DNA of 59,277 nt, filler included, from Actinomycetales bacterium (GTDB taxonomy: Bacteria > Actinomycetota > Actinomycetes > Actinomycetales > CAVURS01), in assembly GCA_045807245.1 (NCBI GenBank). It is 3 parts of 3 records of this genome, joined end to end, with 100 filler letters (N's around TTAATTAATTAA, not from the genome) between each part and the next. Parts side by side here need not be neighbours in the genome. Positions count along the whole stretch, not along the records: positions 38,012 to 59,277 come from JBJMHS010000068.1; 2 more parts are not named here. One strand, 5' to 3'. Of the stretch, positions 55,511 to 59,277 are shown one piece after another; position 1 is the stretch's first letter, and every line of letters begins with the position of its first letter. The position numbers and the translations under genes were made by a program. The notes beneath the pieces were generated by a model that saw only the letters and a program-made list of their open reading frames with translations, did no database searches and had not been told where the DNA came from.

Positions 55511-57013
55511 ATGACCAGCCCCACACTCACCGTGCCCGCAGGCCCGCGGACCTACCAGGTCCGGACCTTCGGCTGCCAGATGAACGTGCACGACTCCGAG
55601 CGGCTCTCCGGTCTGCTGGAGGAGGCCGGCTACGCCCGGGCCCGCGAGGGTGAACCGGCCGACGTGGTCGTCCTGAACACCTGCGCGGTGCGCGAGAACG
55701 CCGACAACAAGCTCTACGGCAACCTCGGTCATCTGCACCCGGTGAAGCAGGCGAACCCGGCCATGCAGATCGCTGTCGGCGGGTGCCTGGCGCAGAAGGA
55801 CCGGGGCGAGATCGTCCGGCGCGCCCCATGGGTCGACGTCGTCTTCGGCACCCACAACATCGGATCCCTGCCCGTCCTGCTCGAACGGGCCCGGCACAAC
55901 CAGCAGGCGCAGGTCGAGATCCTCGAGTCGCTGGAGGTCTTCCCCTCGACCCTGCCGACGCGCAGGGAGTCGCCGTACGCCGCGTGGGTGTCGGTCTCGG
56001 TGGGCTGCAACAACACGTGCACCTTCTGCATCGTGCCGAGCCTGCGCGGCAAGGAGGTCGACCGCCGGCCGGGCGACATCCTGGCCGAGGTCGAGGCTCT
56101 GGTCGGCGAAGGTGCGCTCGAGGTCACCCTGCTCGGCCAGAACGTCAACACCTACGGTGTCGGCTTCGGCGACCGGCTGGCCTTCGGCAAGCTGCTGCGG
56201 GCCTGCGGCGACGTCGACGGGCTAGAACGGGTCCGGTTCACCAGCCCGCACCCGGCGGCGTTCACGGACGACGTGATCACCGCGATGGCCCAGACCGCGA
56301 ACGTCATGCCGAGCCTGCACATGCCGCTGCAGTCCGGTTCGGATCGGGTGCTGCGCGCGATGCGTCGGTCGTACCGAGCGGAGCGCTACCTCGGCATCAT
56401 CGAACGGGTCCGCGCTGCCATGCCGGACGCAGCGATCACCACCGACATCATCGTCGGCTTCCCGGGTGAGACCGAGGACGACTTCGAGGCCACCCTGGAC
56501 GTCGTCCGGGCCGCGCGGTTCACCTCAGCCTTCACCTTCCAGTACTCACCGCGGCCCGGCACACCGGCCGCGTCGATGGGCGACCAAGTGCCGAAACCCG
56601 TTGTGCAGCAACGGTACGAACGTCTCACTGCCCTGCAGGACGACATCGCCTGGGCCGAGAACCGGACCCAGGTCGGCCGGACGCTGGATCTCCTCGTCGC
56701 GACCGGTGAGGGACGCAAGGACGCGGCGACGGAGCGGCTGTCCGGGCGGGCGCCGGACAACCGGCTCGTGCACTTCGCGGTCCCGCCGGGCGGTCCCGAG
56801 CCGCGCCCTGGGGACGTCGTGACGGTCGAGGTCACCCACGCAGCGCCGCACCATCTGGTAGCGGACAGCGCCCTGAGCGGCGGTGCGTACGGCGTGCGTC
56901 GCACCAGGGCGGGCGACGCCTGGGACGCTCGCCAGTCACGCGGAGACGATCCGGCCGCGACCCCGGTCGCAGTGGGGCTCGGTATGCCGGCCGTACGGCG
57001 TCCAGCCGGCTGA
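55511..57013 (+). CDS. miaB: tRNA-2-methylthio-N6-dimethylallyladenosine synthase
   Basis: [34 protein letters not shown]. Confidence 0.97.
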   Translation: MTSPTLTVPAGPRTYQVRTFGCQMNVHDSERLSGLLEEAGYARAREGEPADVVVLNTCAVRENADNKLYGNLGHLHPVKQANPAMQIAVGGCLAQKDRGEIVRRAPWVDVVFGTHNIGSLPVLLERARHNQQAQVEILESLEVFPSTLPTRRESPYAAWVSVSVGCNNTCTFCIVPSLRGKEVDRRPGDILAEVEALVGEGALEVTLLGQNVNTYGVGFGDRLAFGKLLRACGDVDGLERVRFTSPHPAAFTDDVITAMAQTANVMPSLHMPLQSGSDRVLRAMRRSYRAERYLGIIERVRAAMPDAAITTDIIVGFPGETEDDFEATLDVVRAARFTSAFTFQYSPRPGTPAASMGDQVPKPVVQQRYERLTALQDDIAWAENRTQVGRTLDLLVATGEGRKDAATERLSGRAPDNRLVHFAVPPGGPEPRPGDVVTVEVTHAAPHHLVADSALSGGAYGVRRTRAGDAWDARQSRGDDPAATPVAVGLGMPAVRRPAG

Positions 57014-57021
57014 CCGAGCGG

Positions 57022-57522
57022 TCAGCTCATCGACGGCGGAGGCTCCGGCGGTGTGGGGCCAGGCGTCGGCCCGGGCTCGGGCGGCGGGCTCGGCGCCGGC
57101 GTGGGCGTAGGCGTGGGCGGACTCGGCACCGGCCCGGGGTCAGGCGTCGGACTCGGGCCCGGCGTCGGGGGCGGTGCGGGCGCCGGGTCCGGGATCGTCC
57201 CGGTGGGCACTGGCTGCCCGCTCGCGTCGGCCGGACCTTGGGCCGGCTCGGCCGCGCTCTCGTCGCCGGCCACCTTGTCCAGGCCGTCGTGCGCCTTGGC
57301 CCGCACCGAGTCGATCTTGTCCTGGTACTTCTCGCTGGTGTGTTCGGAGACGACCGCAGCGGTCTTGTCGATCGCCGTACCGATACGTTCCCGGTTCTCC
57401 TGAGCCAGCTCGACGGTCTTCTCCTTGGCCGTCGTCGCGGCCTCCTGGATCTCTCCGGCCGCCTGTTCGGCGACCTGCTGCGCGCGCTCGGTCACCTTCT
57501 TGAGCTTGTCGGACCAGCCCAT
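57022..57522 (-). CDS. MT0933/Rv0909-like antitoxin-domain protein with Pro/Thr-rich tail
   Basis: MG..DKLK, IDKTAAVV.E.T..KY.DKID pattern; GGAAGG RBS; conserved position between miaB and miaA. Confidence 0.65.
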   Translation of the reverse strand: MGWSDKLKKVTERAQQVAEQAAGEIQEAATTAKEKTVELAQENRERIGTAIDKTAAVVSEHTSEKYQDKIDSVRAKAHDGLDKVAGDESAAEPAQGPADASGQPVPTGTIPDPAPAPPPTPGPSPTPDPGPVPSPPTPTPTPAPSPPPEPGPTPGPTPPEPPPSMS

Positions 57523-57623
57523 GACGTGTCCGCCCTTCCGGTGGTGGGTCACTGCCACTGCGATCAGCCTCTCATCACCAGGGCGTCGCCGCCGCCGCGG
57601 GTGCGCTGCCAGACTGCTCCACC

Positions 57624-58538
57624 GTGCATCCCGTCGTCGCCGTGGTCGGGCCGACGGCCACGGGCAAGTCAGACCTGGCCGTCGAGCTCGCGCTGCGACT
57701 CGACGGCGAGGTCGTCAGCGCCGATGCCATGCAGCTCTATCGAGGCATGGACATCGGCACGGCGAAGCTCACCCTCAGCGAGCGCCGCGGCGTCCCGCAC
57801 CATCAGCTCGACGTGCTCGACGTGACCCAGGAGGCCAGTCTCGCGGCGTACCAGCAGTCGGCCCGCGCCGACCTTCGAGACATCAGCAGCCGGGGTCGCG
57901 TCCCGATCCTGACCGGTGGTTCGGGGCTGTACGTCCGAGCGGCAGTGGACGTGCTCGAGATCCCACCGACCGACCCCGAGGTGCGTGCGGCCCTCGAACA
58001 GCGTCTCGCCGCTGAGGGCACCCGAGCGCTGTACGACGAGCTGACAGCCGCGGATCCCGTTGCCGGACAGTCGATCCTGCCCACCAACGGCCGGCGCATC
58101 GTCCGAGCCCTCGAAGTGATCGCGCTCACCGGCCGCCCGTTCAGCGCGGTGCTGCCAGAGCGGGAGTACGTCAACCGGACCGTGCAGATCGGGCTGCGGC
58201 TGGACCGCGTCGCCCTCGACCGGCGGACCGATGCGCGCGTGACCCGGATGTGGGACCAGGGCTTCGTGGCCGAGGTCCAGCGGCTCGAGCAGGGCGGCCT
58301 GCGGTCCGGCCGCACCGCCTCCCGGGCCGTCGGCTACGCCCAGGTGCTGGCCGCCCTGGACGGCCGTACGACGGTGGACGAGGCGCGCACCAGGACGGCG
58401 CAGGCCACCCGGCGACTCATCCGGCGCCAGGAGTCCTGGTTCCGGCGCGACCCGCGGATCGTCTGGCTGCCTGCCGATGCGCCGGACCTGGTCGACCGGG
58501 CCATCGAGGTCCTGGACGACGCGTCGGGCCCGCCGTGA
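57624..58538 (+). CDS. miaA: tRNA dimethylallyltransferase
   Basis: VVGPTATGKS, DAMQLYRGMDIGTAK, GGSGLY, RRQ.SWF. Confidence 0.96.
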   Translation: MHPVVAVVGPTATGKSDLAVELALRLDGEVVSADAMQLYRGMDIGTAKLTLSERRGVPHHQLDVLDVTQEASLAAYQQSARADLRDISSRGRVPILTGGSGLYVRAAVDVLEIPPTDPEVRAALEQRLAAEGTRALYDELTAADPVAGQSILPTNGRRIVRALEVIALTGRPFSAVLPEREYVNRTVQIGLRLDRVALDRRTDARVTRMWDQGFVAEVQRLEQGGLRSGRTASRAVGYAQVLAALDGRTTVDEARTRTAQATRRLIRRQESWFRRDPRIVWLPADAPDLVDRAIEVLDDASGPP

Positions 58539-58562
58539 GCACCGGTCAGGGATGATGGCTGG

Positions 58563-59277
58563 GTGGGCCGGCAGCTGACGTTCACCAAGGGACACGGGAC
58601 GGAGAACGACTTCGTCATCGTGCCCGACGTCGAGGGAGTGCAGCCCTTGGATTCGCCGACCGCTCGCTTCCTCGCCGACCGGCACGCCGGCGTGGGCGGC
58701 GACGGGGTGATCCGGGTCGTGCCGACGAGCGCGGTCGAGGAGGTCGCGGAGCAGGCAGCCGAGGCGCCGTGGTTCATGGACTACCGCAACGCCGACGGCG
58801 GGATCGCGGAGATGTGCGGCAACGGCGTGCGGGTGTTCGCGACGTACCTGCTGCGCGAGGGTCTGGTGGCCTCGCCCGCTGCGGGCGGTCCTGACCCGCT
58901 GGGCGTGGCCACGCGGGCGGGCGTGAAATGGGTCCGGTTCGAGGCCGACGGCTCCATCTCGGTCGACCTCGGCCCGTGGCGCCTGCCGGCAGGTGAAGGC
59001 AACGTCGAGGGCGATGCGGACGTGACGGTGGCCGGGCTGCCGGGCCCGTTGCGCGGGCTGTCCCTGGATCTGGGCAACCCGCACGTCGTCGTCGCCCTGC
59101 CCGGGCTGGCCGAGCTCGAGGCGGCCGACCTGACGACCGCCCCCCGCGTCGAGCCGGCGCCGCCGCACGGGACCAACGTCGAGCTCGTGACCCCGCTCGC
59201 CGCCGGCCACATCCGCATGCGGGTGCACGAGCGGGGCGTCGGCGAGACCCGCTCCTGCGGCACCGGTGTGGCGGCCG
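58563..59277 (+). CDS. dapF: Diaminopimelate epimerase, 3'-truncated (not in ORF track)
   Basis: Manual translation: FTKGHGTENDF, NADGGIAEMCGNG, LGNPH, TNVE, ERGVGETRSCGTG. Confidence 0.95.
   Translation, partial: MGRQLTFTKGHGTENDFVIVPDVEGVQPLDSPTARFLADRHAGVGGDGVIRVVPTSAVEEVAEQAAEAPWFMDYRNADGGIAEMCGNGVRVFATYLLREGLVASPAAGGPDPLGVATRAGVKWVRFEADGSISVDLGPWRLPAGEGNVEGDADVTVAGLPGPLRGLSLDLGNPHVVVALPGLAELEAADLTTAPRVEPAPPHGTNVELVTPLAAGHIRMRVHERGVGETRSCGTGVAA

Overview
High-GC Actinomycetota genomic DNA made of three contigs joined by artificial N-TTAATTAATTAA-N linkers (12614-12713 and 37912-38011), so adjacency across the gaps is not biological evidence. Contig 1 holds alpha-glucan genes (maltokinase, glgB, pgm) with an inserted oxidoreductase and a GAF-GGDEF cyclase. 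It also has a ureohydrolase-NCS1 permease-amidase-TfoX operon with an apparent internal deletion, and a truncated DUF222-like gene. Contig 2 holds moxR-DUF58, an inserted block (Zn-dehydrogenase; ABC importer plus cytoplasmic metallophosphoesterase), and the conserved spoIIM-like/RDD/ahcY/CDF/SIS/Trm112/manB/DUF3499/zincin/DUF5719/GT2/whiB/cofD/cofE/AlkA-family region. Contig 3 holds ftsK-rimO-pgsA-cinA-clgR, nei-lhr, an ABC-2 exporter, DUF3046, recA with a 364-aa LAGLIDADG intein, recX, an ECF sigma/anti-sigma pair, miaB, an antitoxin-like gene, miaA and dapF. Most genes are core housekeeping. The best leads are regulatory or genomic-context ones: structured 5' leaders (ahcY, ABC-phosphoesterase operon), back-to-back PafBC-type promoters that link an exporter to the DNA-damage response, a possible N-extended ClgR isoform, and a cyclase coupled to pgm. 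All family calls are from motif recognition by eye; no searches were run.
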